Assembly (NCBI RefSeq): GCF_009914755.1
Contig: NC_060942.1
Source of the DNA: the human T2T-CHM13v2.0 reference genome, Homo sapiens
DNA: 64,000 nt
Reading direction: 5' to 3' (one strand)
The notes under the pieces are model-generated. The model was not told where the DNA came from. It ran no database searches and saw only the letters and a list, made by a program, of their open reading frames with translations. Shown piece after piece: positions 38,710 to 52,659 of the stretch (positions are counted from its first letter, which is position 1; each line of letters begins with the position of its first letter). Made by a program: the position numbers and the translations under genes.

Positions 38710-41679
38710 TATTTGATTTCCATTTAAATTTAACTTAAACTTGGAAAATTAACTTTATTCATATTTAATAAACAAACGGCCTGCACTAAACCTTGTATGA
38801 AAAGGTCTCATGTCCCATGTAATACATAAGAATCCTCAGAAAAAAATTTATTTCTCAAAGAAAAAAGTGAAAGTGGAAGCCTCATTCTTTGCTTTGCTTT
38901 CCAAGTAAGGCTGTGTATTGCAGTTCATTTCTGTCTTATTAAGAATATTTGTGGGTCATGTTGTCTATTGTTGACTACATTACCTCCACAATAAGGTAAA
39001 CCAGCTTAAAATATTCCCTCATTGAATAACACATGAGTTAAAGTTAAAAATAATAATGTAAACACAAATGAATAGCCAGAAAATGGTACAACTGAAATAG
39101 TTATGAGAACATTATATGGCAAAAACAATGGATTCTGTAATGAGACCTATTGCGGGATAGACTTTTAACCTCATCTTAGCATAGGTGAAGCATTAGATTA
39201 TAGCTATTGGTAGTTATGAAGCCATCAATACGTAGGGAGACATTTTATAATATTGTATATTGTATCTTGCATCATTTAAAAATTATATTTTGGTTATGTT
39301 TCTATTGTTCATTATCTGTACTGTAGAGTCTTTATAATGTATAAATAAATATTTATACAGGTGTTTTTTGTTTTGTTTGTTTCTTTTTCCAATAGGGATA
39401 GACAATGACATAATTCAGAGGCCACTGCCCTGGAGGCTTGATTTCCCCACCACAGGCTCTGGACATTCATTGGTGGAGTGGTGCTATTGCTGATGATAGT
39501 GCCACATCCCTGGTGGCCAAGAGACACAGGCTGACGATGTAACACAATGCTGCCCGTTGGGCTCCAGCAATTTTTCAGCACCACTGCTGCTACTGGTACA
39601 GGTCTCAGTCACAAACATCTGATAGAAAATCCACCAGGCCTCAAATGCTGCAGAATTTTACAAGTACAACACGTTTAGCTCACATTCATTTTTTTTTCCC
39701 CATATGATCCTAGAGCAGCAAGCTCAGAAAGCCTCAAGAAAGCCTAGAACCGGATATTCTCTCCAGTGATTAGTCCTGTCCTGCATAATGTCAAAAATTC
39801 ATGATCTCTCCCCAGCACCACTGCTTCCTTAGCTCTGATCTATTTTTTCTCTTGGGACCTTGTATGTCCTGCCCCTTCCCCGGGCTATGCTCAGGCCACC
39901 CTAGACCATCAGACATATTTTAATAACTATGAACTCAAAGGAAAGCTGTAAGACTCCCAATTCCTTTGCCAAGAGTCTTAGCTGCTTTTTCATAATTTCA
40001 TGAATTAAAAAGTGTGAGGAAGATGCTGCCTTCTATGCCAGTATTTAAGACACAAATGAAAGTGGGAAGCTTAGAGGAAGCCAGACCCTTACCCTCTCCA
40101 TCAATATCCCCTAAACCCCAAACTCTTTCAAGGAATGGGACAGTTACATGGCTCTTCTCATTTTCTCCATGATAAGTTCCATTGAGGGCAAGGAAAAACA
40201 GCATAGTGTAGATGTTTGGGGCACAAGCTTGGGATCAAATGGTCTGGGATCCTCACAATCCTATCGCTGATCTGCTGTGTTGATTTGGGGCAATTGACAG
40301 AGCCTTTCTGGTCTCAAATTCCTCCTCTCTGAAATGAAGAGGAAACTGAGGCACTGAGAATTCACTGAGCTAATTCTTATAAGATACTTTGAACAGAGTT
40401 ATCTTTCACATAAAGTCACCTAATACATGTTAGCATTAGTAATTATTATTGTTACTATTTTTAATTTTCTATTTTCATGGTTTCTATCAAACACCATGTA
40501 TTGTTCTCCATATTTATTTGTTTAATGGATAAATTAAGAAATACCTGAAAGAATGAGTGAATGAATGAATTGTATGTGCTGCAAATATTAAAACAGCTTC
40601 TAACTTACATGTGTTCTCCACAGGGCCTCACCATGTGACAAGTATTTTTTTTCTTCTCAATAATTAAGAAATGAATACAACAAAAAAGAATACCTGCCAA
40701 GCAGCCAACTTATATATTTTTCTTGATTAGCCTCAGATTTCCATGACTTTAACCAAGAAAAATAACAACTGATTATACAAATCTGAAAAAGGGCATATTC
40801 CCTTCTCTCCTATGCAATTTTTAGATGTTTTTGTTGCCCGTCTTCCCTCTGGAGTTGCCTGTATTCCTCCAACATGTTCTTATTCATCAAAGAACTCCCA
40901 GGAAAATCTACAGAAAAGACCTTTTAGATCTGAACAGCCCATCACCATTTGGGGAATCTCCTTTAGACCTGAACAGACTGTACCATGTGGCCTAAACCTA
41001 AAAAGATGTAATAACCAGGAAACCTTTGGGCTTAAACAGAGGCCCAGAGATCCACAAGTACCAAGCTGAGAGTAACTGAAAAAGTGAGGACATTGCAAAG
41101 TATAGGAATATTAATCACACCAGAAGAAATGGCTAAGAGGATATGACCAAGATATTCAACATTGCAATATGCTCCTTGAAAATTGGTTATTTCTTTTCTT
41201 GAAAATGTATTCGCTCCACAGGATGTGAGATCACACAATGAACTTAGGGAAGGTATTTTTCAAATGCATATAGGAGAAATATGAAGTTCATAAACAGTCT
41301 CTGGAAAGTATATCTGAAGCCAGGAAGTGATTCAGGATATATTCCTATATGGAATACTTAATCAGGTCTTATATCACTAATACTATATGCTATTCAGTCC
41401 ATAGTAAAGATACTCTTGTAACCTGAAGCACACACTCTTGAAGGCCCCAATGATGAATTCCGATTCTCCGTGTGTCATGACCACATCTTTCTAGATGCAT
41501 GTGCTGCTGGTAGACCCACAATCCCTCCATCTTTGGTCAGGAGAGGAAGGTACCAAATGTCTCTTCTGTCTGGGTAACCAATGCCAGGAAAATGAGCGAG
41601 TGACATTGTCCCTGCATGTCCAGTTTTCCTCTGAAGCAGTTTGGCCGCTGAAACCTCAGTAGAAATCAATAAGAATGAG

Positions 41680-41995
41680 TCAGTAATGCTACGATAACAA
41701 ACACCTAAAAAGTTCCAGTGTCTTAGGGCAACAAATATTTATTTATTGTTCATATTGCATATCCATGTTGACTGGGCTGAGGGCTTTGCTCCATTGCGTG
41801 GTCATTTCAGGGTCCAGGTTGATAGAGTAGTCACTACCTGGATGTTGGCAGTCATTGTAGCATTGGGAAAGAGTGCTCTGGTGGGTCTCATTGGTAATTA
41901 AATGCTTTAGCCTGGAAGTGACATACAATTTCTCTAACAACTCATTAGCTAGATTTTGTCACATGTTCCCATCCAACCATGAGGGAATAGCACAT
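41680..41995 (-). mobile_element. Old MaLR LTR (MLT1K/J-like)
   Basis: GCTACGATAACAAAC...TCAGGGTCCAGG...GCCTGGAAGTGACATAC. Confidence 0.65.
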
Positions 41996-44430
41996 TTAAT
42001 CAAAGCCAAGAGATTAAAATAGTAACGAATATCACTAAGGACTTTCTCAGCCAGAAAAGATGAACAAATGTCTTATTATAAACTTGAACTTAACACCAAG
42101 GGCATAAGAGTGGGAGGAGAATACAATCTAATCTTTGCCCTCAAAGACGTGGTAATCTTTTGGGAGAAACAGAACATCCAGAAGAACAACAAGAGTTTAC
42201 TTTTAGTGAAGACCATTTACAATCAGAAGGAATATGAAACCCCTAATTCTACAACAACAGGATAGAACATAATTTCCTCTTCAACATGACTGAAAATGTC
42301 AAATTATACTCTTCAGATCACTAATGATCTCATAATTCTAAGACGTTCAACTCTTAAATGCATTCAAATTGTTCTTTTCTAAAAATCATTACAATATTGG
42401 ATCGCTTTCTCTTTAATTCTAATAAAATTAGCAAAATTATTTTCCATGCAGACATTATTTTACACACATGATAATGTATATAATTAATAAGAACTAGTGA
42501 ATAAACAAAGACAAATGTAAAACAAAAGACTCTGAGAAGCGAGGCCTGACAATGGGATAACTTCACTCCCAGCACTGGTATTGTCCAAGATTCAAGTTTG
42601 TGCTTCTATATGACTGCTAAGTTTTATCCAATCCTAGATTTTTTGGATCACTTTCATAAAACCAAGAATACTCAGTCTGAAAACACTGAAATATAAGACA
42701 AATGTGTAGAAGAGAATGCATTTTACCTCAATTTCTATCAATGTGCCATTTTGAGGGTGGGGGAAGTAAGTTTTGCTCTCTAAGCTTTGTCACCTATAAA
42801 TCACTCTCTGTAATCTTGGTTCATCTAATCATCATTGCTTCAGCAGCCTTCCAATGGCTTTAAATATATGCTTTTAATATTTTATAGCATTTCTATTTAT
42901 TCCAAGAAATCTCACAAGCTACTCTATCCTTCCTGGAATAGACAATATTGGATCATTTATAGGGCCCGTTTCTCAGCCTGTGTTTCAGTTTAGAGAAAAA
43001 TTTCCATTGCAGTTCAAAGATACCAGAGAAGTTCTTGTGAGTGCAATAAAAACAGAACAAGTATGACATAAAATCATAGTGGTTATAACTAACAAACAGC
43101 CTCTTCCCGCTTATTTGTAAAACACACACAATATATTTAGATTTCCTTGTGTTCATTCTCTTTTTTGCTCTAAATGCAATACCTTTTTAAGGGAGAAAAT
43201 TTGCAATCACTAACTCTCTTTGCCACTTTCAAATGAAGGATAGAGTATCAGATCTGGAAGATTCCACAACTATAAAATGTCCTTTTTTGCATATGAATAA
43301 AAGATGCACTGCTTATCAGAATCATGCTATATGTTGTGAAATATAGAAAACGTACCCAAAATATGTCCAGCATATTCTGACACTCAGGAAGCTTACACAC
43401 ATAGACTAATTTATAATTTAAAGAATAGATGGAGAAAATCAACAGTGAGGTTATATAGTATAAACAACAACAACAAAAAGAAGTTCAGAAAAGATATAAG
43501 ATTACCCTGAATGACTACTGAGGCATTCAAGGGGAAATTGTGAAAAAGGTGGGTTGTGACCTGTAAATCTTGAAACATGAGTTTTATGCCAATAGAAGAA
43601 GAAGTTAAGGAATGAAAGAAATATGGAACGACCATTGAATAAGCAACATAAGTAAATGTTCTCAGTTAAGAACCAGTGGAGGGACTTCTTCCAAGCAGGA
43701 TAGAGTAGCATGTGGAATTTCTCATAGAAGAACTAGAAATGGCTATAAAATATCAAAAGTATATATTTAAAGACATCAGAAAGCTGCTGAAGCAATATGA
43801 TTTGATGAACCAATATTATAGAGTGAGAACTACAGAGAGATGAGCTGATTATCTGCCGCTGCCTTTCTCTAAGAGCACTGGCTGATTTTGGAAACAGATG
43901 AGGAGGAATATCCAGGCCAGGCTTTGCCTGTTGATAAGACCACTTCTGGGGCCTAGGTAGCCAGCAGATTTGGTGGCCTCATAGGATTGAAGGGTTATAT
44001 TGAAGATTTTTTTTCAGTGTATAAAGTGTTTGCTTTTTGCCTCAAGATATACGCCAAATTCTGAAGCTACACAGGAGCAAAAGTTAAAGGAGAAGCAGAC
44101 GCCTCTGCAAAGAGAGCAGAGCTTTTCATAGTATGGCAGTCCTAAGGACAGAAAGATTAGAGTCCAGAAAACACCACTTAGTTAAAAATTCTCCAAGGAT
44201 ACACCTTAGGAGCAGAATGATACGGGGCTGATTGAACTTTCCAAAAACTAGAACCCAGACTCAGTTGAACTCAGTGCTTGGTTGAAATAAAGATGACCAG
44301 TCACCACTGAATTTGCCTGGCAGAGGAAAGAGTGAATCTTGGAAGAAATTATCTGGGGTAACCAATAAATTTTATACACAATATCAGGCATTCAATTAAA
44401 AATTATTAGACATGATAAAAAGAATATATA

Positions 44431-47040
44431 GGTCACAAAACAAGCCTGAAAACATTTGAAAAGAATTGAAATAATATCAAGCATCTTCTCTGACCACAAT
44501 GGAATGAAACTAGAAATCAACAACAAGAGGAATTTTAGAAACTATAAAACACATGGAAATTAAACAATATGCCCCTGAATGGCCAGTGAGTCAATGAAGA
44601 AATTAAGAAGAAAATTTAAAAATGTCTTGAAACAAATAATAATGGAAACTCAACATATCAAAACCTATGAAATGCAGCAAAAGTAGTACTAAGAGGGAAA
44701 TTCGTAGCTATAAGTGCCTACATCAAAAAGAAGAAAAACAACAAGTAAATAATCTAATAATGCATCTTAACGAACTATAAAAACAGGAGCAAACTGAACC
44801 TAAAATGAGAAGAAAAGAAATAATAAAGATAAATTAAAAAATAAATAAATTTGAAATGAAGAAAACAATACAAAAGATCAATGATACAAAAAGGTGGTTT
44901 TCAAAAGTATAAACAAGGTGGACAGATTGTTAGCCAGACTAATAAAGAAAAAAAGGGAGAAGACACAAATAAATAAAATCAGAGATGAAAAAGGAGACAT
45001 TACAAGTGATACTGCAGAAATCTAAAGGATCATTAGTGGCTACTATGAGCAACTATATGTCAATAAATTGGAAAATCAAGAGGAAAAGAATAAATCTGTA
45101 GACCCATAAAACCTACCAAGATTGAACCATGATGAAACAAAACCTGAACAGTCTCCAATAACAACTAATGAGCTTAAAGCCGTAATAACAAGTCTCCCAG
45201 CAAAGAAAAGCCCAGGACACAATGGCATCACTGCTGAATTCTACCACATATTTAAAGAACTAATACCAATCCTACTCAAACCATTCCAACAAATAGAGGA
45301 GGAGAGAATACTTCCAAACTCATTTTATGAGATCAATATTACCCAATTATACCAAAACCAGACACATAGACCAATGGAACAGAATAGAGAACCCAGAAAC
45401 AAATTCACACACCTACGGTGAACTCATGTTCAACAAAGTTGCCAGGAACATATGCTGGGGAAAAGAGAGTGTATGTCTTCAATAAATGGGGCTGGGAAAA
45501 CTGGATATCCATATGTAGAAGAATAAAACTAGACCCCTATCTCTTGGTACAAAAATGGAATCAAAATTGATTAAAAGCTTAAATCTAATATCTCAAACTA
45601 TAAAACTACTAAAGAAAAACAGTGGAAAACCTCTCCAGGACATTGTTCTGGGGAAAACTTTCTTGAGTAATTCTCCACAAGTACAGACAACCAAAAGAAA
45701 AATGGACAAATGGGATCACATCAAATTAAAAAAACTTCTGCACAGCAAAAGAAACAATCAGTGAAGTGAATTTTCTCCCACAGAATGGGAGAAAATATTT
45801 ACAAACTATCCAAGTGACAGGAATTAATAACTAAAATATGTAATGAGCTCAAACAACTCTATAGGAAAAAATCTAACAATTCAATTTAAAAATGGGCAAA
45901 AGATTCGAATAGACATTTCTCAAAAGAAGACATACAAATGGCAAACATATGAAAAGGTGCTCAACATCATCAATGATCAAAGAAATGCAAATCAAAACTA
46001 CAATGAGATGCCATCACACCCCAATTAAAATGGCTTTTATCCAAAACACAGGCAATAGCAAATGCTGGTGAGGATGTGGCAAAAAGGGAAGAAAAGGGAA
46101 CCCCTGTACACTTGTACACTCTGTTTTTTTTTAATACTTTAAGTTCTAGGATACATGTGCAGAATGTGCAGGTTTGTTACATAGGCATGACGTGCCATGA
46201 TGGTTTGCTTGACCCATCAACCCATCATCTACATCAGGTATTTATCCTAATGCTATTCCCTTTGTACACTCTTGATGGAAATATAAATTAGTACAACCAC
46301 TATAAATAACATTTTGGAGGTTCCTCAACAAAACTAAAAATAGAGCTAGCACATGATCCAGCAATCCCACTGCTGGGTATATTCCCAAATGAAAGGAAAT
46401 CAGTTTATTGAGGAGATACCTGCACTCCCATGTTTGTTTCAGTGCTGTCCACAATGACCAAGATTTGGAAGCAACCTAAGTCTCCATTAATGGATCACTG
46501 GATAAAGAAATGTGGTACTTACACACAATGGAGTACTATTCAGCCATAAAAAGGAATGCGATCATGTCATTTGCCAGAACATGGATAGAACTGGACGTCA
46601 TTATGTTACGTGAAATAAGCCAGGCACAGAAAGACAAACATCACATGTTCTCACTTATCTGTACTATCTAAAGATCAAAACAGTTGAACACCTGGAGATA
46701 GAGAGCAGAAGAATAGACACGAGAGGCTGGTAAGGGTAGTGATTTGGGGTGAGCGGGAGGTAGGAATGGTTAATGGGTACAAAAAAAAAAAACAGAATGA
46801 ATAAGACCTAGTATTTGATAACACAAAAGGGTGACTACAGTCAAAATAATTTAATTGTACATTTAAACATAACTAAAAGAGCACTGTTGGATTGTTTATA
46901 ACACAATGGATAAATGCTTGAGAGGATGGATACCCAATTTCCCATGATGTGATTATCATGCACTGCATGCCTCTATCAAAATATCACATGTGCCACATAA
47001 ATATTTACATCTACATTGTACCCACAAAAATTAAAATTAA
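44431..47040 (+). mobile_element. 5'-truncated L1MA (L1MA1-3-like), ORF2 part to polyA, with TSD
   Basis: ORF2 peptides (KKSPG..G.TAEFY, LPNSFYE, KMDKWDHIKLK), L1MA 3'UTR; TSD AAAAAGAATA(T/G)ATA at 44417 and 47041. Confidence 0.92.
46123..46261 (-). mobile_element. Severely truncated L1PA 3' end inserted antisense in the L1MA
   Basis: poly-T + TACTTTAAGTTCTAGGATACATGTGCAGAATGTGCAGGTTTGTTACATAGG; TSD TTGTACACTCT (46112/46262). Confidence 0.9.
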
Positions 47041-47803
47041 AAAAAGAATAGATAAATATAATTGAAAACAAAGAGAAAAACATACAATAATAATAAACTA
47101 GCAGATATTCTAGAGAATGCCTTTGGAAATAGCAAAAACTTTGATGTTAAAATAATAACATTTTTTATTTTTTGATGTTTTAAATAGTCAAAGATATAGA
47201 TAAAATGGGTTAAAAGTAGAAAATCCCATGAGAACTTATTAGGAAAAAACAAAGAATCAATAGGAATTTTAGAACTTAAAAATAAATTACCTGAAAATAA
47301 GTACCAAAGAGTTAAAACACCAACAAAACAGCAGTAGGTTAGATGGAGATGGCTATAGATACAGATGATATAAATAGATATCATCCAAACTGAAGCACAG
47401 AAAATAAAAAGAATGAAACATACAGAAAAATGCATAAGAAGCATATAAACATATTAAGAACAAATGTAATTGGAGACTCAGAACAGGAGAAAGAAGAGGA
47501 TGGACAAAACAATATTTAAAGGAGTCATCAACTGTACTTCTACAGACCAGCAGCAAACAAATAAAAATATTTTAAATGTAACATTTAAATTATACAATAG
47601 CATCAAAAACATCAAATACATAGGAATAAATCTAACAAAGCATGTATAAGACACAAACGTTGAAAACTATATTATTGACATAAAAGAAAAACTAAAAAAT
47701 ATATATATATATACCATGACCATTAATTGGAATACTCAATATTGTAAAGATATTTATTCTTCAAAATTAATTAGAGATTCAACTCAATCTTAATATAAAT
47801 CTC

Positions 47804-47806
<3 letters not shown>

Positions 47807-47842
<36 letters not shown>
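47807..47842. repeat. (GT)n microsatellite
   Basis: GT run. Confidence 0.95.
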
Positions 47843-47848
<6 letters not shown>

Positions 47849-48444
47849 ACAAGCTTATTCTTACATTTATCTGGTCATGCAAAGGGCTGAGAATAGCTTA
47901 GCCAATCTTAAAGAAGTGTAAATCCTCTTCTTGGACTTGAGCTGAAGGATTTATACTTCCAGATGACAAAATTTGGTATAATGTCATAGTACTTAAAAAA
48001 GTATGCTATTGACAAAAGGGTGGCAAAACAGACAGATAGAAGAACAGAATGGAGAATCCAGAAACTGCCCTATATCTATAAGGTCATTTAGTTTATGACA
48101 AGGATAACATTATAGCACCTTGGGAAAGAGATAGGCATTTCAGTCAATAGTGCTATGAACAAAAAGTATGCCAAAAAAATCAATTCCAGATGGACTTTGT
48201 ACCTACATTTTGAAAGAAAAACCAGTAATTATTTCAGAGGGAATCATAGGGGAATCTTTATGATCTTGAAGTAAGCAAAGATTGCTTAAACATGATGCAA
48301 AAAGTACTTTTGAAAAACTACTGATAAATTGGTTTTTATTAAAGAACTTTGTTTATGAAAAGAGGACAATAAGAATTCAAAGGAAACCCAAGAAGAGTAA
48401 GAAGATATTGGCAATACTAGAGTCCAAAAAAAGACTCACACCTA

Positions 48445-48585
48445 GGCTGCTGGGCGGGGTGGCTTGTGCATGTAATCCCAGCTACTCAGGAGGCTGAGGC
48501 AAGGGGACAGCTTGAAGTCAGGAGTCTGAGACCAGCCTGGGTCAAATAGTAAGACCTTCATCTTAAAAAAAGAAAAAAAGAAAGA
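48445..48585 (+). mobile_element. Alu monomer (FLAM)
   Basis: GTAATCCCAGCTACTCAGGAGGCTGAGGC...GAGACCAGCCTGGG...A-tail. Confidence 0.8.
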
Positions 48586-50087
48586 AATCTCATCTGCATC
48601 AGGAAGAAAGACAACATGAAAATCAGCAAAAATTTTGAAGAGAAGCTTCATTAAATCTAAATGCCCAAATGTCAAATTAACATATAAAAGGTGCTCAATC
48701 ATTCGATATCAGAATAATGCAAATTAAAACCAAAATAAAACAAAACATAATGGCTAAAATGAATCAGTGCAGATAGTAATACCAGTTGCAGATTGATATG
48801 ACTGAAACTCTCATAGCCTACTGATGGATGTGTGAGTTAATAGTAGCTTGAAAGAACTGTATTTGCTAGAGCTAAACCATGTAACCCAGTGTTTTCACAC
48901 CAAAAAACATACTCATTGAAATGTGAACATTATGTTTATAAAAACACATGTACAATAATGTCCATATCAGTACTATTCATAATAACCAAAAATTGTAAAC
49001 CACCAAAAAGTCAATGAGTATATAATGATATATGTATGATATATGTATATGAATGAGTATATATGATATATGTCCATTTAATAATAAACTATTCATATAC
49101 AGCAATGAAAATGATTCAACTTATATGACATACATCTATATGGATGAATCTTATAACACGGAATGAAAGAAGAACAGATATTTTGTATAAATTTAAATAT
49201 AAATTTATAAATATAAAATAAAATCATGATGCTATTTATACAGCTTTTAAAATCAAGCAAAATCAGCCAAAGTCATTTTATCCCATATTTGGCAAAGCAA
49301 TCCAAAAGCTGAATCCATTTCTGCAGCTAGAGTAATCTCTCTGATGTTGGAAGATCATAGTCATCATTGGGCCATGACTGGTGACATGAGAGATCTTCTC
49401 TTGTGCTCATAATATTGTTATTTGAACTGGATGCTGGTGACAGGGGAATGTTTACTTTGTGATTTCTGTACCTTCCTATACGTATGATATTTTTCAACAA
49501 AATTTTACTTAAGGAACAAATGTGAGATATGGCAAAGAAATTCACAAAAGGTAAATTGGGAAACGAGTTCAGAGAAAGAATTTGTTTGTTTAAAAAAGTA
49601 AACACATCTTTTAAATGATTTGTTTTATTTTAACATAAGATATTATTACAACTTTGCTGCCTTAGCACACGATCACCTAAAACAATCCAAATATTTGTAG
49701 ATGTACAAATCAAGGTTTTTTCAATGCCAATTGAGCAAAAAAAGCAGTATTCTTAGTATTCATGTGTTCATTTCTCATGCCACACACACCTGGGATTCTC
49801 TCTTCCTGCTCAAAATGTCAACCACCATTGTGATATGCATTACAGAAAAGATTCTCTCAACAAACTTTTCTGTGTCAGGAATAAATGTTTGCAGTGGAAA
49901 CATTTTTGCTTTTTAAAATTGAAAACAGTTAACACTTCAACTTGGGGCCATGTATCTCACCAGGGTGTGTTCTGTCACACACAGCTAAAACAATCATATC
50001 TTATGAAATTGCCATAAATGCTCATAGTCATATTGAAATTCCAACAAAATGATTATACTTCATAGAATGTCATGGTTATTATCTTTC

Positions 50088-50398
50088 TACTTTTTTTTTT
50101 TCTTCTTTTTGAGACAGAGTCTTGCTCTGTCGCCCAGGCTGGAGTGCAGTGGTGCGATCTCGGCTCACTGCAACCTCTACCACCTGGGTCAAGAGATTCT
50201 CCTGCCTCAGCCTCCCAAGTAGCTGGGACGACAGGTGCCCGCCACCACACCCAGCTAATTTTTTTTTAATTATTATTTTTAGTAGAGACAAGGTTTCACC
50301 GTGTTAGGCAGGATGGTCTCGAACTCCTGACCTTGTGATCCACCCGCCTCAGCCTCCCAAAGTTCTGGGATTACAGGTGTGAGCCACCACGCCCGGCC
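50088..50398 (-). mobile_element. Alu (AluS-type)
   Basis: Antisense full dimer ending GAGCCACCACGCCCGGCC. Confidence 0.95.
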
Positions 50399-52528
50399 TC
50401 TACGTTTAACTTTTAAACAGCATAGATGTCTGAAAGTGACTAAAGACTTCAAGGTGTTAGTGGAGATCAGAGCTGACCATACCTTTACCACCAAGCAGCA
50501 GTTGTGACCAATGATCATATAAACAATGGCTGCTCATCTTCTGGGCTTCCCGGAATTCTGCTTTATTGCTCTACAAACTCTCCCTCTCCCATTCTAATAT
50601 CCCACCCAAGTTCTATGATCCTCTGTATTATCAAGAAAAAAAGATAATCCACAGAAGCCATTATTGCGTTAGCAGTAATACCAACAAAATAAATTGAAGC
50701 TACAGTGAACTAATGCTTCAATGAAGTGAGCGCTGACTTTATTATAGAGGTATAAGTTTTCTTGGCTTATGGGAAATAATACTTATATTCTGTGTCAAAG
50801 AATGTTCTTGTATGTAAGACAAATATGGTTTAAGTATTGCCCTCTTCCTGTAACCTCCTTTAAAATCTAAATAGCCTTTAAAGAATACCAAAGTTCTGAA
50901 TACTTAATATAGGTTTGATTATCAGATCACTTTCTTTTATAAAGAAGGACAGCCTAAGACCACAGGGCCAGAAAAATGATAGATGAAGCACTTAGAAAGG
51001 GAAAAGAAATAGAAAAATGGAGGGATAAGTTGGAAACACAAACATTACCTCCTTCAAAATTATCCCAGGGACCAAAAAAGAAAAAAGAAACAGAAAAACA
51101 CACGTATTGCTGTTCTCTGTGGCTGCCCCTTGCACATAAGAAGCTCTCCCATGTGGCGTTCGGGTTGACATTAAAACTATAATAAACAGATACTGAATCC
51201 CATTCTAAACCAAACACTGACTGTTAGGCCCCAGGAGTTCAGAAAAGATGAGAAAAAGAGAGGTTTCTTCTGTCTCCATTGAAGCAGGAGTTTACAGCAG
51301 CCAAAGTCATTTTACCCAATATTTGGCAAAGCAATCCAAAGGCTGAATCCAATCCTGCAGCTAGGCTAATCTCAACTTTCATCACTGTCTGCAAACAGAT
51401 TTGGGAGTTGCCAACTGCCTTGATTCCATTGGCCTGGAAAAAGTTTTGTAAGCTGAGTGTGAGGTTCTGTTTGTCACTTTTGTCCTTGGGCTAGCAGGTG
51501 GATAGATGACACCCAAAGGACACTATCTGAGAGGTGGCAAATGAACAGGTTTTTCCCTTCATAAAAGAGGATTTGGGGGAAAGTAAATTTTCTATTGAAA
51601 TACAAATACAGGAGAAATAGCAACTCACTACCTGCTCTTAACACTTTTTAGTGAATCTCAGGTCTGAGACTTGGGCTAATTGGCACACTAAGGACAAAGT
51701 GACACACTCAAGGTAAATATTAACTGGTGAAAGGGGAGAGAGTGTGAAAACCATCTTCAAAGAAAATCAGGGCTGTGTGAAAGAAAGCAAAAGCAGTCTT
51801 AGTCCTTCAATATTTGAGAAAAAAAAAACAATGAGTAGGAGATAACATGCAAAAAAAAAAAGAAATCTATAAGAAGATTGTGAAGAATTCTGAGAACTAG
51901 CCCTTTAAGACTGGTGGAGATTTATTCAGGAGGGAAGCCCTGCCCCAGGGAAAAGTTGCCAAGAGACTTGTTTTTAGGAGATCACCAGCCCAAATTTCCA
52001 TGACTTTCTACTTGTAAATTCAAGTTTACTTCTGGCCCGTGTGGTTCCAGAAATGACAATACTCATTGAAATCAGGGTCTCATTGTGCTCATCAGGGTCT
52101 GACCTTACCTGAGCTTCCATCCTTGTTTTGTTTGTTCGTTTTGTTTTTTTTTCTTTCTAGAGTAAGTTTTGCTATCTTTCCCAGGTTCCACTTTCCAATG
52201 CTTTTTTCCACTTCCTAGTTTTGGTTTTGCAAGGCCCATTCTCTGTGAAGAATTTCTTTCCATGAGCTCAGATGGAAATGCACCAGAAATCAACACTGCT
52301 GGCCTCATGGTTTTCGCGCCAACAAGAATTCCATGAGATTATCTAGGGACCTGGTAGGCTAGAGTAGTGTGCCTGCCCATGGTGGCACCAGAATGCTTGA
52401 ATAAGATGAAGAGTTCTACCACCTTCAGGATAAATCAAAAGGTCTAAGGAAGAAGACACCTTAATATAGCGACAGAGCTCTGTACCATACACAGCAGCCA
52501 TGGACACTGAGTTTCCGGAAGAACTCAC

Positions 52529-52640
52529 CTGGGACGCCTCTACCGTCATACTGCTCAGGAAGCTCATTAGCATTTTAAGGAGACCCGGAAGCTTCAACCT
52601 CCCAGTTAAAATATAATTTTAACTGACAGCTTAAGGGCAT
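52529..52640 (-). other. Candidate first exon ending CAG|GTGAGT; ATG-led frame MLMSFLSSMTVEASQ (phase 0)
   Basis: Consensus donor, TATAAATA at 52667-52660 (minus), CCGGAAG ETS motifs, local CpG retention. Confidence 0.5.
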
Positions 52641-52659
52641 CAAGGCATTTCCCTCCCTT

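Larger units (their letters stand above)
43680..49506 (+). mobile_element. Fragmented ancient L1 (L1ME-like) hosting younger insertions
   Basis: 5'-like segment 43680-44430, ORF1/ORF2-like remnants 47055-48900, 3'-end motifs ATGGATGAATCTTATAAC...TTTACTTTGTGA. Confidence 0.6.

Noticed and set aside
45122-46454. L1 ORF2-like ORFs as CDS
   Set aside because: Fragmented by stops, frameshifts, a large deletion and an insertion.
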